Positions 38,549 through 49,140 of a stretch of 64,000 nucleotides of DNA are shown here, in pieces. This DNA is from Longimicrobiales bacterium (GTDB taxonomy: Bacteria; Gemmatimonadota; Gemmatimonadetes; Longimicrobiales; Gaopeijiaceae). The notes under the pieces are model-generated. The model did no database searches and was not told the origin of the DNA. It was given only the letters and a program-made list of their open reading frames with translations. The DNA is taken from contig OZ241869.1 in NCBI GenBank assembly GCA_965202805.1, positions 32,001-96,000 on the forward strand. Direction: 5' to 3'. The translations under genes were made by a program, and so were the position numbers. Every line of letters begins with the position of its first letter. Position 1 is the first letter of the stretch.

Positions 38549-41500
38549 CTAGGCAGACCCGAGGTCGAGGAGGGCCGTCCCCCGATTCGTCACCCGATGG
38601 TGCACCATGGTCAAGGCGGGCACGATCATCATCAGTACCGCCGTCGCAAACAGGATTCCGAATCCCAGCGAAGCCGCCATCGGAACCAGGAACTGCGCCT
38701 GCAGGCTGCGCTCGAAGACGAGCGGCGCCACGCCCAGGAAGGTGGTCACGGACGTAAGCATGATGGGACGGAAGCGTGCCTTGGCGCCGTCGATGATCGC
38801 CTCCCTGCCGGGCATTCCCCGCCGGAGGCGATCGTTGATGAAGTCGATCATCACGAGGGAATCGTTCACCACGACGCCGCTCAGCCCGATCACGCCGAAC
38901 ATCGACATCATGCTCATCGGCAGCCCCAGCAGCAGGTGACCCGCAAACGCGCCGATGATCCCGAAGGGGATCGCGGCCATGATGATCAGGGGTTTGGTGT
39001 ACGAGCCGAAGGGGATCGCGAGCAGGGCGTAGATGGCCAGCAGGGCCAGGGCGAATCCGCTGGCGAGCGCGCCGAAGGAATCGACCTGCTCCTGCTGCTC
39101 GCCGCCGAAACTGTGGGACAGGCCCGGTTCGCGGGCCGACAGCTCCGGAAGAACGGAGGCGGCAAGCTGGTCCGTCACCTCGGGCCCGGTGACGACCTCG
39201 CGGTCGACATCGGCGGTGACCGTGATGACGCGTTCGCCATCGGTGCGCCGGATGGTGGTGGGCGAGCTTCCCAGGCGAACGGAGGCGACCTGGCCCAGCG
39301 GCACCTCGCCTCCCATGGGCGTGCGCACCAGGTACTCCTCCACGTCCGCGATCGTGTTGCGTTCCTCTTCCGGCAGGCGGACGTACACGCGCACCTCCTC
39401 GCGGCCCCGCTGTACGCGCACCGCCTCGTTGCCGAAGAAGGCGGAGCGCACCTGGCGAGCCAGGCCATCGAGGGTCAGGCCCATGGTACGGGCTTCCGGG
39501 CGCAGATCGAGCTGGATCTCCCTGAGCCCCCGATCCTGATCCGCGCGCACGTCGAACACGCCCTCGAACGCACGCAGCCGCTCCATCAGGGTGTCGGCGA
39601 CCGATGCCAGACGCTCGGGATCGGGGTGGGAGAGCTCGACGTGGACCGGAAGTCCGAAGTCGAGCAGCTCGGCCGTGATGGTGAGCGCCCTGGCTTCGGG
39701 CAGGGGACCCAGCTCCTCCCGCCACGCCTGCTGGAAGTCGGCTGCGGACACGTCGCGGAGTTCGGCGGTCACGAGCTTGAATTCCACCGCCGCCAGGTTG
39801 GCGCGCGGATCGGCTTCGGGCCCGCCTCCCATGGGCCGCATCTGCCGGGCCTCCTGACCCACCGTCACGTTCACGCCCTCAAGCAGCGATCCCGAGCCGT
39901 CGGGCGCGAGCCGTGTGATGGCCCGGTGCCCTGCCGCCTCCATGTAATCGGTCATTTCGGAGGTTCGTCCCGCAGTCGTGCCTTCCGGCATCTCGAGCGT
40001 CGCCGTGACCAGGTCCGCTTCCACCGTGGGCATGAAGTTCACCCTGATGATGCCCGCGGGCACCATGGCCACGGAGAGAATGATGAGCGCGACCCCGGTG
40101 GCGATGACCAGCCCGGGCTGAGCCGTGGCGACCCTCAGGGATCGGTCGAGAGGTCCCCGCACGAAGCTCTTCAGCGTCCGGTCCACGCCCTGCTGTATGC
40201 GAGTGACCAGATGTTTCCGGGCTCGATGCCGGCGCGTTGCCTGCGGCGGCAGGTGAGAGAGGTGGTTCGGCAGAACCAGCAGCGACTCGACGAGCGAGAA
40301 CAGGAGGACGGAGATCACAATGACGGGGAGCATCGTCATGAGCTTCCCCGTTACGCTCGGGACGAAGAAAAGCGGGCAAAAGGCCACCACCGTGGTCAGA
40401 ACGGCGAAGATGACGGGTCCCGTGATGCGACGGGTCCCGCGGATGGACGCGTCCACCCCGCGCCAGCCCCTTTCTCGCTCGGCGTAGATGTTCTCGCCCA
40501 CCACCACGGCGTCGTCGACGACGATGCCGACGGCGAGAATGAAGGCGAAGAGCGTCATCATGTTGATCGACACGCCCAGCCAGTTCATCACGGCGAAGGT
40601 GCCGACAAAGGACACCGCGATGCCGACCGCCACCCAGAAGGCGAGCCGCAGATCCAGGAACAGGGTGAGGGAGAGGAGGACGAGCGCCAGGCCGATGAGG
40701 CCGTTCTTCACCAGCAGCCCCAGGCGGCTCTCGAAGATCCGGCCGGTGTTGTTCCACACCTCCAGGCCCACCCCGGCCGGCAGCGCGGGGATGACTTCCT
40801 CCTCCAGGTGCTCCTCGACGGCCTCGACGATGTCGAGCACCTTTTCGTCGGAGGTCCGGAAGACCTCCACATAGACCGCGGGCCGGCCCTGGTAGCGGGC
40901 GATCAGGTCCACGTCGCGGAAGCCGTCGCGCACGTCGGCGATGTCTCCGAGACGCACCACGGTGCCGTCGGCCCGGCTGAGGACGATGATCTCCTCGAAG
41001 TCGTGCTGGGTGTAGTTCTGCCCGGTGGTGCGGATGCGTACTTCCTCGTCCCGGGTGTCGATGCTTCCCGCGGACAGGTCCAGCGAGCCGCCCCGCACGG
41101 CGTTGGCGACGTCCCCGAGGGTCAGGCCCAGCGCCCGCAACTGGTGCAGCGGCACCTCGACGGAGATCTCGTAGTCGCGAATGCCGGTCGTCTCGACGTA
41201 GGAGACCACCGGAAGCGCCGACAGCCCGTCTTCGGTGCGGTAGGCCAGCTCCTTGAGCGTTCGCTCGCCGACATCGCCGAACAGCACCAGGCGGATGACG
41301 CTCTGTCGGTTGGTCAGTTCGCTGACCTCGGGGCGCTCGGCTCCCGCGGGGAACGTCTGGATGCGGTCGACCTGCGCCTTGATGTCGTCGAGCGCCCGTC
41401 CGACATCCGCGCCAAGTTCGAGTGCGACCGCCACCGAGCCTCGCCCCTCGGCCGCCGTCGAACGGACCTCCTTGATGTCGTCGACAGCCTCGATCTGTTC

Positions 41501-41767
41501 CTCGATCTTGCGCAGGATCGACTCTTCGACCTCGTCGGGGGTGGCGCCGGGATAGGGAACCGAAATGACTACCTGGTCCAGGGAAATCTCGGGGAAGACC
41601 TCCTGGACAAGGCCACCCAGGGAAAAGAAGCCGGCGGCCAGAATGAAGAACATGAGCAGGTTGGCGGCGACCCCGTTGCGCGCCATGTAGGCGATGGGGC
41701 CGCGCGCCACCTGCGAAGGGTCGTTCGACGAGTGCTCGTCCGGCGAAGGCTCGTCGGGGCGGTTCAT
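38549..41767 (-). CDS. RND efflux permease
   Basis: NGVAANLLM, GIVVDDAVVVGENI, GVVVNDSLV, RFRPIMLTS; start 41767. Confidence 0.94.
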   Translation of the reverse strand: MNRPDEPSPDEHSSNDPSQVARGPIAYMARNGVAANLLMFFILAAGFFSLGGLVQEVFPEISLDQVVISVPYPGATPDEVEESILRKIEEQIEAVDDIKEVRSTAAEGRGSVAVALELGADVGRALDDIKAQVDRIQTFPAGAERPEVSELTNRQSVIRLVLFGDVGERTLKELAYRTEDGLSALPVVSYVETTGIRDYEISVEVPLHQLRALGLTLGDVANAVRGGSLDLSAGSIDTRDEEVRIRTTGQNYTQHDFEEIIVLSRADGTVVRLGDIADVRDGFRDVDLIARYQGRPAVYVEVFRTSDEKVLDIVEAVEEHLEEEVIPALPAGVGLEVWNNTGRIFESRLGLLVKNGLIGLALVLLSLTLFLDLRLAFWVAVGIAVSFVGTFAVMNWLGVSINMMTLFAFILAVGIVVDDAVVVGENIYAERERGWRGVDASIRGTRRITGPVIFAVLTTVVAFCPLFFVPSVTGKLMTMLPVIVISVLLFSLVESLLVLPNHLSHLPPQATRRHRARKHLVTRIQQGVDRTLKSFVRGPLDRSLRVATAQPGLVIATGVALIILSVAMVPAGIIRVNFMPTVEADLVTATLEMPEGTTAGRTSEMTDYMEAAGHRAITRLAPDGSGSLLEGVNVTVGQEARQMRPMGGGPEADPRANLAAVEFKLVTAELRDVSAADFQQAWREELGPLPEARALTITAELLDFGLPVHVELSHPDPERLASVADTLMERLRAFEGVFDVRADQDRGLREIQLDLRPEARTMGLTLDGLARQVRSAFFGNEAVRVQRGREEVRVYVRLPEEERNTIADVEEYLVRTPMGGEVPLGQVASVRLGSSPTTIRRTDGERVITVTADVDREVVTGPEVTDQLAASVLPELSAREPGLSHSFGGEQQEQVDSFGALASGFALALLAIYALLAIPFGSYTKPLIIMAAIPFGIIGAFAGHLLLGLPMSMMSMFGVIGLSGVVVNDSLVMIDFINDRLRRGMPGREAIIDGAKARFRPIMLTSVTTFLGVAPLVFERSLQAQFLVPMAASLGFGILFATAVLMMIVPALTMVHHRVTNRGTALLDLGSA

Positions 41768-43002
41768 CCGGGTCCGGCCGCGCCCGTCCGGACCACCATG
41801 CCCTCGGTGGCGAACTGGAGACCGGTCAGCACAACCGCCTGTCCGCCCACCAGCGGGCCGGTGACGTAAACGAGCTCGTCGGCGCGCTGCAGGACGCCCA
41901 CCGGGACGATGGTGACCAGTGTGTCCTGGCGGAGCGCCCAGACCTCGTTGCCGGTCCGGAGCGCCGCACGCGGTACGGTGAAGTACTGTTCGGGTGCGGC
42001 TCCTTCGATGCGCACCTCCACGAACTGGCCGACCAGGAGCGGTGGACCGCCCCGGCCGTCGTCGGACGATGCCCCGGCGGCGCCGTCCTCGAGGGTAGTG
42101 GCGCGACCGCCCGCGAACGGGTCGGGTACGCGCACCACCACGTCGATGGTGCGTGTCTGCTCGTCCAGTGCGGCCTCGGCCCGATCCACGTATCCCGACC
42201 ACGCCCAGGCGCGGTCCCCGTACTCCGCGATCACCGTAGCCTGGACGCTGGCATCCCCGTCACCCGCATCCAGCATCCACAGGTCCGGGATGAGCGCCGC
42301 ATCGGCGTCCGACAGCGGAACCACCACCTCCACGGCGTCGTCGGCGTAGAGCCTGCCCACGCCCTGCCCGGCGGCCACGAACTGCCCGACATCCACCACT
42401 TCGGTCCGGACGATGCCGCTGAAGGGGGCGCGCACCTCCGTCCGCGAAAGCGCCAGTTCCGCGTCGGCCAGCGCGGCGCTGTCCCGCGCCAACGCAGCCC
42501 GGGCGGCGGCCAGTTGCGGCTCCCTGAGCGTCAGCGGGCTCGCTTCGCCCGGAGGTGCGCTGCCCCCCCGCCTGCGCAGGAACCCCTCGTACTCGGCGCG
42601 CGCGATGCGGGCCTCCTCCTCGGCCTGCAGGAGAGCGACCAGCTGGGCGGCGACGTTGGCGCTCGCCTGTTGCACGCGGTTCAGGTAGTCCGCGTCGTCG
42701 ATGCGGAAGAGGACCTCGCCCGCGCTCACGCGCCCGCCGCTCTGGAAGGCGGGCGCGACCGAAGCGACCTTGCCGTTGATCTGGGCGGCGACGTCGATCT
42801 CGGCGCGCGGACGCACCGTGCCCGCGCTGTAGACGGGGATGGCGCCGTCCCGGCCCGTGGCGGGCGCGGTCGTGACGAACGGCGCCTGCGAGGTCGGCTC
42901 GCGCAACGGAGGGTCGGGACGCAGGGCGATCATGACGGCTGCCAGGACGACGGCGCCGCCGAGGATGCCTGCGGCGATCAGAAAACTGCGGCGGCGGCTC
43001 AT
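41764..43002 (-). CDS. RND efflux periplasmic adaptor (MFP)
   Basis: RTEVRAPFSG, LLVGQFV; position in operon. Confidence 0.92.
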   Translation of the reverse strand: MSRRRSFLIAAGILGGAVVLAAVMIALRPDPPLREPTSQAPFVTTAPATGRDGAIPVYSAGTVRPRAEIDVAAQINGKVASVAPAFQSGGRVSAGEVLFRIDDADYLNRVQQASANVAAQLVALLQAEEEARIARAEYEGFLRRRGGSAPPGEASPLTLREPQLAAARAALARDSAALADAELALSRTEVRAPFSGIVRTEVVDVGQFVAAGQGVGRLYADDAVEVVVPLSDADAALIPDLWMLDAGDGDASVQATVIAEYGDRAWAWSGYVDRAEAALDEQTRTIDVVVRVPDPFAGGRATTLEDGAAGASSDDGRGGPPLLVGQFVEVRIEGAAPEQYFTVPRAALRTGNEVWALRQDTLVTIVPVGVLQRADELVYVTGPLVGGQAVVLTGLQFATEGMVVRTGAAGPG

Positions 43003-44540
43003 CTGTTTTGCCTCTGGGTTGGCGTGTCGGCCTGTTCTTCGGATTCGGTGGCGGGCACCATGCGCGGGCCTTCGAGTTCCTCGGGCGGAACGGTCCAGTC
43101 ACCGCCGAGCGAGCGGTGTACCGCCAGGCGCGCCAGGGCGAGATCGCGCCGGGCGCCGGCGAGCGTCGACTCGACGTTGAGCAGCCCCCGCACGGCATCC
43201 AGATAGTCGATGTAGCCCCCCACTCCGGCTGCGTAGCGGCGCGACTGCAACTCGACCGAAGCGAGAGCCTCCTCGCGCTGGGATGTGAGGAAGTCGTGGC
43301 GCCGCCCTTCGTTGCCGAGCGCGGCCAGCGCCGCTTCCACCTCGTGCACGGCTGTCACCACGGTGCGGCCGTAGGCGGCGGCCGCCTGGCCGAAGCGGGC
43401 GTGCGCGAGGGCGATGTTGCTGCGGATGCGGCCACCCTGGAAGATCGGCGCGGTGAGGTTGCCGAGCAGGTTGCGGAACCACTGGTCGACGTTGAAGAGC
43501 CCGTCGGTGTCCGCGGCCTGCACTCCGATCGTGCCCGAGAAGGAGAGGGATGGGAGCAGTTCGGCCCGGCGCGCGCCGATGGTGAAGCGGGCCGCGTCGA
43601 GCCGCAGCCCCGCCGAGCGCACGTCCGGCCGCTGGACAAGGAGGTCGGCCGGGACGCCGGCGGAGACGGGATCGCTCGACGGCAGCGGCGCCAGCGAGTC
43701 GGGGAGGATCGCGTCGAGCTTCTCGCGGAAGCCGCCCAGCAGGACGGCCAGGCGCCCTTCGGCATTGACCAGCTGGCTCTCGATCTGGGGCAGCGCGGCC
43801 TGCGTGTTCCGGAGTTCCTGGCGAACCTGGTAGAGCTCGAAGGACGTCACCAGCCCGCGGTCATAGCGGGTCTCGGCGAGCTCCTCCCTTTCCAGGAGAA
43901 CGTCGACGGTCTCCCGGGCGAGGGCCGTGCGCCGGCGCAGGTCGGCGATCTCGAAGTAGGTCGTGATGGTCTCGGACAGCACCCCGATGCGCGCCGCGTG
44001 GTAATCGGACTCCGAAGCCAGATACTCCTGTCCGGCCGCCCTCGAATCGTTGCGGGCGCGTCCCCAGAAGTCGAGCTCGTAGGCGAAGTCGACGCCCAGC
44101 GACCAGGTCTCGATTCCGAGGCGCTCGGGGAACTCGAAGCCGGGAAGGCGGTCGCCCGCGATTTCGCGGAACTGCTGGCCGAAGCCGGCGTTGGACGGGT
44201 TGTCCGTGTCGCTGACGTTTGCGCTGGCCTGGATGGAGGGCAGCAGGGAGGCGCGCGCGATCCCGGCCTGAGCCCGGGCCTGCTGCACCCGGGCCACGGC
44301 TTCGGCCAGGTCGAAGTTGGCGGCCAGCACCGAGTCGATGACGGTGTTGAGCGCCGGATCCTGGTAGGTGGTCCACCACTCCCTGGCCTCGTACGCGCCC
44401 GATTCCTCGCTGCCATCGAAACTGTCGGGAAGCTCGGCGACAGGTTCCGGCACCGATGGCGCCGGCGCGAGAGAGCACCCTGCGGCGAGGAGCAGGGAGG
44501 ACAGCGCCCCGAGAGGCGCAAGCGTCTGCTGAACGTTCAT
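42999..44540 (-). CDS. NodT/OprM-family outer membrane efflux lipoprotein
   Basis: Lipobox LAAGC, YELDFWG, DLLVQRPDV, PIFQGG, SLGGDW. Confidence 0.93.
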   Translation of the reverse strand: MNVQQTLAPLGALSSLLLAAGCSLAPAPSVPEPVAELPDSFDGSEESGAYEAREWWTTYQDPALNTVIDSVLAANFDLAEAVARVQQARAQAGIARASLLPSIQASANVSDTDNPSNAGFGQQFREIAGDRLPGFEFPERLGIETWSLGVDFAYELDFWGRARNDSRAAGQEYLASESDYHAARIGVLSETITTYFEIADLRRRTALARETVDVLLEREELAETRYDRGLVTSFELYQVRQELRNTQAALPQIESQLVNAEGRLAVLLGGFREKLDAILPDSLAPLPSSDPVSAGVPADLLVQRPDVRSAGLRLDAARFTIGARRAELLPSLSFSGTIGVQAADTDGLFNVDQWFRNLLGNLTAPIFQGGRIRSNIALAHARFGQAAAAYGRTVVTAVHEVEAALAALGNEGRRHDFLTSQREEALASVELQSRRYAAGVGGYIDYLDAVRGLLNVESTLAGARRDLALARLAVHRSLGGDWTVPPEELEGPRMVPATESEEQADTPTQRQNR

Positions 44541-44657
44541 GGCCGCGTCACCTGCCTGTCTGCACGGAAGCTGTCCGACGAGATGTCGAAAAGCTGGTCC
44601 GGGGACGGGGTCGGCGCAAGCGGAAATGGGGCGTCAACCCGGGGCTTTGTGAGCCCG

Positions 44658-45011
44658 TCAGGCCGCCCGTGGCTCGATTTCGCGCTCGATCGTGGGCCGG
44701 ATCGTGCGTTCGGCTACATCGAGATCGTAGCGAGTCTGAAGGTGGATCCAGAACTCGGGGGTCGTCCCGAAGTAACGCCCCAGCCGAAGCGCGGTGTCAA
44801 CACTGACGGCGCGCCGGCCCAGGACGATATCGTTTACCCGCGGGCGCGAGATCTTCAGCGCTCGTGCCAGCCCGTACACGCTGAGTCCCATCGGCTGCAG
44901 GAAGTCGTCCCGCAGTATTTCGCCGGGATGTACCGGGGGAAGCCTCTGCCCGGACGCGACATCGGAGAAATCCACTCGTCTGCGATCGATGTCTTCGCGC
45001 CTGATGGTCAT
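44658..45011 (-). CDS. higA: HigA-family antitoxin
   Basis: PVHPGEILRDDFL...TALRLGRYFGTTPEFW..LQ..YDL. Confidence 0.93.
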   Translation of the reverse strand: MTIRREDIDRRRVDFSDVASGQRLPPVHPGEILRDDFLQPMGLSVYGLARALKISRPRVNDIVLGRRAVSVDTALRLGRYFGTTPEFWIHLQTRYDLDVAERTIRPTIEREIEPRAA

Positions 45012-45027
45012 GAGCCGGTGGATCCCT

Positions 45028-45165
45028 TCAATGGTAATCGACGATCTCTACATCCCATGCTTCACTGTCACGCCACCGGAAGCAGATGCGCCATTGCTCG
45101 TTGACACGGATGCTGTGGAGCCCCCTCCGGTCGCCCCGCAGGGCCTCGAGCCGGTTGCCAGTCAA
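45028..45165 (-). pseudogene. higB: 5'-truncated HigB (RelE-like) toxin
   Basis: Manual translation: GNRLEALRGDRRGLHSIRVNEQWRICFRWRDSEAWDVEIVDYH*; in-frame TGA three codons upstream of the TTG. Confidence 0.85.
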
Positions 45166-45204
45166 AGGGCCCCCTCAAGCTGACCAGAGGCTCATACGCG
45201 ATCC

Positions 45205-45822
45205 CTACCGCGCGACCGCGAACGGCGCCGTCGCCACCTGGTCGTCCCACCAGATCGTGAACACCCCGCCTTCCTGGGTCATTTCGGTGAACATGATGGT
45301 CAGCTGGTCGGCGGACATCGCGATGGTCGACACGTCCATGGTGGTGCGCATTACGTCGCGGTCCGGGGTGTAGCCGTAGGAGCCCCAGAGCGCATCGGGG
45401 TTCTCCTCGCGGAAATCGTTCTTCACGCCCCAGTTGGCGAAGATGAGCGTCCACTCGTCCTCGGTGAGCTCGGCGAAGATGCTGTATTCGCCGGCGGGAA
45501 GGCGCTCGCCGCCGAACATCAGGTCGGTCTCGGTCATGAAGCGGGTCGACTGGTCGGCCCCGATGCGCCAAACCGGCGCGCCGCGCAGGAACGCCTGGCC
45601 GTACTCGTCTCCCGAGCCGAACAGGTCCCGGCCGCGCAGGATCGGGCGACCGTAGGTCACCACGACCCACGAGCCGTTCTCGTAGCTGCCTTCCGCGTTG
45701 TACGCGCCGCCCACATGGGTGGCGGCCTCTCCGCGGGGGCTCAGCGGCCTGTCCTGAGCCTGAACGGTGGTGGCGAAGGCGAGCGCCAGGGCGAGACAGC
45801 AGAGCGGGCGAAGCATCTTCAT
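45205..45822 (-). CDS. DUF2911-family secreted protein
   Basis: LSPRG, YGRP, VWRIGADQST, LPAGEYSI. Confidence 0.82.
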   Translation of the reverse strand: MKMLRPLCCLALALAFATTVQAQDRPLSPRGEAATHVGGAYNAEGSYENGSWVVVTYGRPILRGRDLFGSGDEYGQAFLRGAPVWRIGADQSTRFMTETDLMFGGERLPAGEYSIFAELTEDEWTLIFANWGVKNDFREENPDALWGSYGYTPDRDVMRTTMDVSTIAMSADQLTIMFTEMTQEGGVFTIWWDDQVATAPFAVAR

Positions 45823-46027
45823 CGATCTCTCCGGGGTTGGGTGAACTCCGAGGTCAAGGGGCAAAACGCGCTCAATCCTAAATGAGCCGGTCGCGTGGAG
45901 AAAGGGGGAGGGCGCTCGGACCTGGAGGTCGTGGGCGAGTTCGACCGCGGCGGGCGCCGCCCTATTGGCATCTCCTGTGCGGAAGACCTGGTCTGGGAAG
46001 TGCGAGGCCCGAGGGTGCCGGTTGCGA

Positions 46028-46058
46028 CATCTCATAAAATATCATATCATATGAGATG
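46028..46058. promoter_or_regulatory. Inverted-repeat operator of the PIN TA operon
   Basis: CATCTCATA-N13-TATGAGATG, AT-rich, overlapping the toxin ATG. Confidence 0.65.
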
Positions 46059-46499
46059 CGCTTAGTCCTCGACACCAATGTGGTCGTCGCCGCTCTGCGA
46101 AGCCCGTCCGGAGCGTCGGCGGCACTGCTCGAACAGGCGCTGGACCGCCGATTCACCCTGCTGCTCTCGGTACCGCTTGTGCTGGAATACGAAGGAACCT
46201 GCCGTGATCCAGCCCAGCGGATCGCCTCCGGCCTCTCCGAGTCGGAAGTCGGAACGATCATGTCAGCGCTGTGCGCGGTTGCCGAACCGGTGCAGGCGTG
46301 GTTCCTCTGGCGGCCGCAACTGCGCGATCCCGCGGACGAAATGGTACTCGAGACGGCGGTCAACGGAACCGTGGACGCCCTTGTAACCTTCAACAGGCGT
46401 GATTTCGGCGATGCTCCCGGCACCTTCGGGATCGAGGTGCTGTCGCCTCGCCGCGCACTGAGCAGGATCGCCGAGGCGCGGAAAGGGAAATCGAAATGA
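46056..46499 (+). CDS. PIN-domain toxin
   Basis: VLDTNV, LEYE, WRPQLRDPADEMVLETA, LVTFNRRDF. Confidence 0.9.
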   Translation: MRLVLDTNVVVAALRSPSGASAALLEQALDRRFTLLLSVPLVLEYEGTCRDPAQRIASGLSESEVGTIMSALCAVAEPVQAWFLWRPQLRDPADEMVLETAVNGTVDALVTFNRRDFGDAPGTFGIEVLSPRRALSRIAEARKGKSK

Positions 46500-46768
46500 C
46501 CGGACGAAAAAAGCAGCCCACCGTCTATCCCCTGCGAATGCCGGCGTCGCTGAAACAGGCCGTCAGGGAAGTGAGCCGCCGGGACGGGACGAGCATCAAC
46601 CAGTTCGTCACCACCGCTGTCGCGGAGAAGCTATCCGCCATGCGGACTGCGGACTTCTTCGCGGAGCATGGTTCCCAGGCGGACATCGACGCCGCGCGGC
46701 GGCTCCTGCGGCGGCGCGGAGGCCAGCCACCGGAACCGCGGGATCAGTTGGACGAGACGAAGGTGTGA
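46496..46768 (+). CDS. Ribbon-helix-helix antitoxin (HicB-like)
   Basis: YPLRMPASL..DGTSINQFVTTAVAEK; ATGA overlap with the toxin. Confidence 0.85.
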   Translation: MTGRKKQPTVYPLRMPASLKQAVREVSRRDGTSINQFVTTAVAEKLSAMRTADFFAEHGSQADIDAARRLLRRRGGQPPEPRDQLDETKV

Positions 46769-46785
46769 TGTCCCGCCGCTAACGG

Positions 46786-48255
46786 CTAACGGTCGGTTCC
46801 GCCCGCCGACAGGCGGTAGTCGAGCGGCGGGTCGCGGTCGCCCAGCAGCGGCTCGTAGACCCAGCCCTCGGGAATGCGGTCCGAGTGCTCCGCCTTGGCC
46901 GCCGCCACCAGATCGGGGCGGGTGAACACGTCGATCGCGGTCATGGCCAGCGTCTTGGCCGCCACCACCATCCCCTTGTCGCCGATGGGCGTGCCGCCCG
47001 CCGCGATGGCGTGCCACGAATGCGAGGAGGTGCCGGGCACCCAGGTGGCGGTTCGGACCCCGCCGGTGGGCACCGCCCAGCTCACGTCGGCCACGTCGGT
47101 CGAGCCCCCGGTGCCCGCCTCGGTGACGAAGAAGGGCTGGATCTCCGCCGCCGACTCGATGGGAAGCGCGTCGTCGGGCAGGTGCCTGGCCAGCGCCTCG
47201 GCGAAGCGGCGGTCCTGCTCGCTGTAGTGGACGCCCCCGACCCGCTCGAGGTTGGCGTGCATCGCCTCCTGCAGTTCCACGTTGATGAGCATGTTGTAGA
47301 GGCCGTGGATGACCTCGTACTCCATCCCGGTTCCCGTTCCCTGCGCGGCGCCCTCGGCGGCCTGCACCACCCGCTCGAAGATGGCGTGCACGTTGGCGGG
47401 GTCGGGGTTGCGCACGTAGTAGTAGACCTCGGCGAAATCGGGGACGACGTTGGGGGCCGCACCGCCGTAGGTGATCACGTAGTGGATGCGGGTCTCCTGG
47501 GGGACGTGCTCGCGCAGCAGGTTGACCATGTGGTTCATGGCCTCGACGCCGTCCAGCGCCGACCGGCCGCGCTCGGGGGCCCCGGCGGCATGCGCGGACA
47601 CGCCGGAGAAGCGGAATTTGGCGGACTTGTTGGCCAGGCTGCTCGACGCGCCCGCGGAATTCCGATCCGCGGGATGCCAGTGGAGCATGATGTCCACGTC
47701 GTCGAAGAGGCCCTCGCGCACCATGTAGACCTTGCCCGCGCCGCCTTCCTCGGCGGGCGTCCCGTAGACGCGCACCTCACCGGCCTGGCCGGTCGCCTCC
47801 ATCCACTGGCGCACGGCGATGCCTGCCGCTGCCGAGCCCGTGCCGAACAGGTGGTGACCGCAGGCATGTCCCTGCGGCTTCCCGAAGATGGGGGTGAGTT
47901 CGGGGCTCCGGTCCTGCGTGATGCCGGGGAGCGCGTCGTACTCCGCCAGGATGCCCACCACCGGTCCGTCGCCGTTGCGGTAGCTGGCGACGAAGGCGGT
48001 GGGAATGCCCGCGACTCCCATCTCCACCTCGAAGCCGGCGGACTCCAGCGTACTTGCCAGCAGGGCGGAGCTCTCCGTCTCCAGATAGCCGAGCTCGGCG
48101 AGGTCCCAGATTTCCTGGGCTATGCTCGCATAGGAGCCCGCGTTCTCGTCGATGAAGGCGGCGACCATGTCCTTGCCGTCCTGCGCGTCAACCGGAGCGT
48201 GCGCCAACCCGAGGGCCATTGCCGCGGCGATGATGATGAGGGCACGAGCGTTCAT
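46786..48255 (-). CDS. M20 amidohydrolase (AbgB-like), secreted
   Basis: AEYDALPG, HACGHHL, GTPAEEGG, GSTDVADVSW; signal peptide. Confidence 0.9.
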   Translation of the reverse strand: MNARALIIIAAAMALGLAHAPVDAQDGKDMVAAFIDENAGSYASIAQEIWDLAELGYLETESSALLASTLESAGFEVEMGVAGIPTAFVASYRNGDGPVVGILAEYDALPGITQDRSPELTPIFGKPQGHACGHHLFGTGSAAAGIAVRQWMEATGQAGEVRVYGTPAEEGGAGKVYMVREGLFDDVDIMLHWHPADRNSAGASSSLANKSAKFRFSGVSAHAAGAPERGRSALDGVEAMNHMVNLLREHVPQETRIHYVITYGGAAPNVVPDFAEVYYYVRNPDPANVHAIFERVVQAAEGAAQGTGTGMEYEVIHGLYNMLINVELQEAMHANLERVGGVHYSEQDRRFAEALARHLPDDALPIESAAEIQPFFVTEAGTGGSTDVADVSWAVPTGGVRTATWVPGTSSHSWHAIAAGGTPIGDKGMVVAAKTLAMTAIDVFTRPDLVAAAKAEHSDRIPEGWVYEPLLGDRDPPLDYRLSAGGTDR

Positions 48256-48394
48256 GTCTGCTTCCTGTATGTGAGCCTGTATGGATCCTGTCTTTCCGTC
48301 CCGTATTGCCAGTCGCGCAGAGGGTTCGCGATCCCACTCCGCATACATCCATGGTAGCGAAACAGGGGGACTCCGGCACTCCCGGGGCTTCGCG

Positions 48395-48781
48395 TTATCC
48401 GGACCTGCCCCGGTCGCGCAGGTTCAGCGCCACCGAAAGCCCGAACGCTGCCAGCCCCCAGCCCATCACCACCGCATCGACGAGCCCCGCGTTCCAGTCG
48501 ATGCCCGTGACGGCGTCCAGGTGGTACTTGATCCACGATGCGGGCAGGCCGGTCTCGCCCAGCGCCCGCTTCACATCCCAGTGCCAGTCCGTGAGCGGAC
48601 AGTATCCCCACCCGTACGCCATGCCGGCGCCGAACCAGAACAGCAGCGTCGCGCCGATGGTCAGCAGGTGGAGCCGCCGAGTCCTTCTCCACGCCCATCC
48701 GAGCATGTTGAAGCCCACCAGCGCCGTGTGGAAGGCGACGAACAGCAGGTCGAGAAGCCGATAGAGGGCGGTTTCGGTCAT
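48395..48781 (-). CDS. DUF2784-like membrane protein
   Basis: HTALVGFN, GWGYCPLTDWHW. Confidence 0.75.
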   Translation of the reverse strand: MTETALYRLLDLLFVAFHTALVGFNMLGWAWRRTRRLHLLTIGATLLFWFGAGMAYGWGYCPLTDWHWDVKRALGETGLPASWIKYHLDAVTGIDWNAGLVDAVVMGWGLAAFGLSVALNLRDRGRSG

Positions 48782-49140
48782 GGGCGGCGTGTTATTCCCG
48801 GGTGAAGCGGCGCGAGCAACGGGCGCGGTGAGGGGCGGTTGCGTGTGTCCTTCCCCGGGGACCCGGCATGCGGCCGGCAACGCGCGGACGATCCGAAGAC
48901 AATCCCATAGTACGCCGGGATCAGGCGATCCCGACACCTGGCCGCGCCACCTGCGTAGGCAGGAGCTGCAGGCCGGATATTCCGGCAACATGGCCGCGGC
49001 TCCCGGTCGCCGGGGCTGGACCGGAGCCGTTGATGGCGAGACATTGAATGGCCGCCGGGGCTTCGCACTTCTGGGAGTTTTCAGTTCACCAGGGCCGCGA
49101 CCCCCTGTTTCACGCCCACCCTCACCGCGCAGCATCGCCG

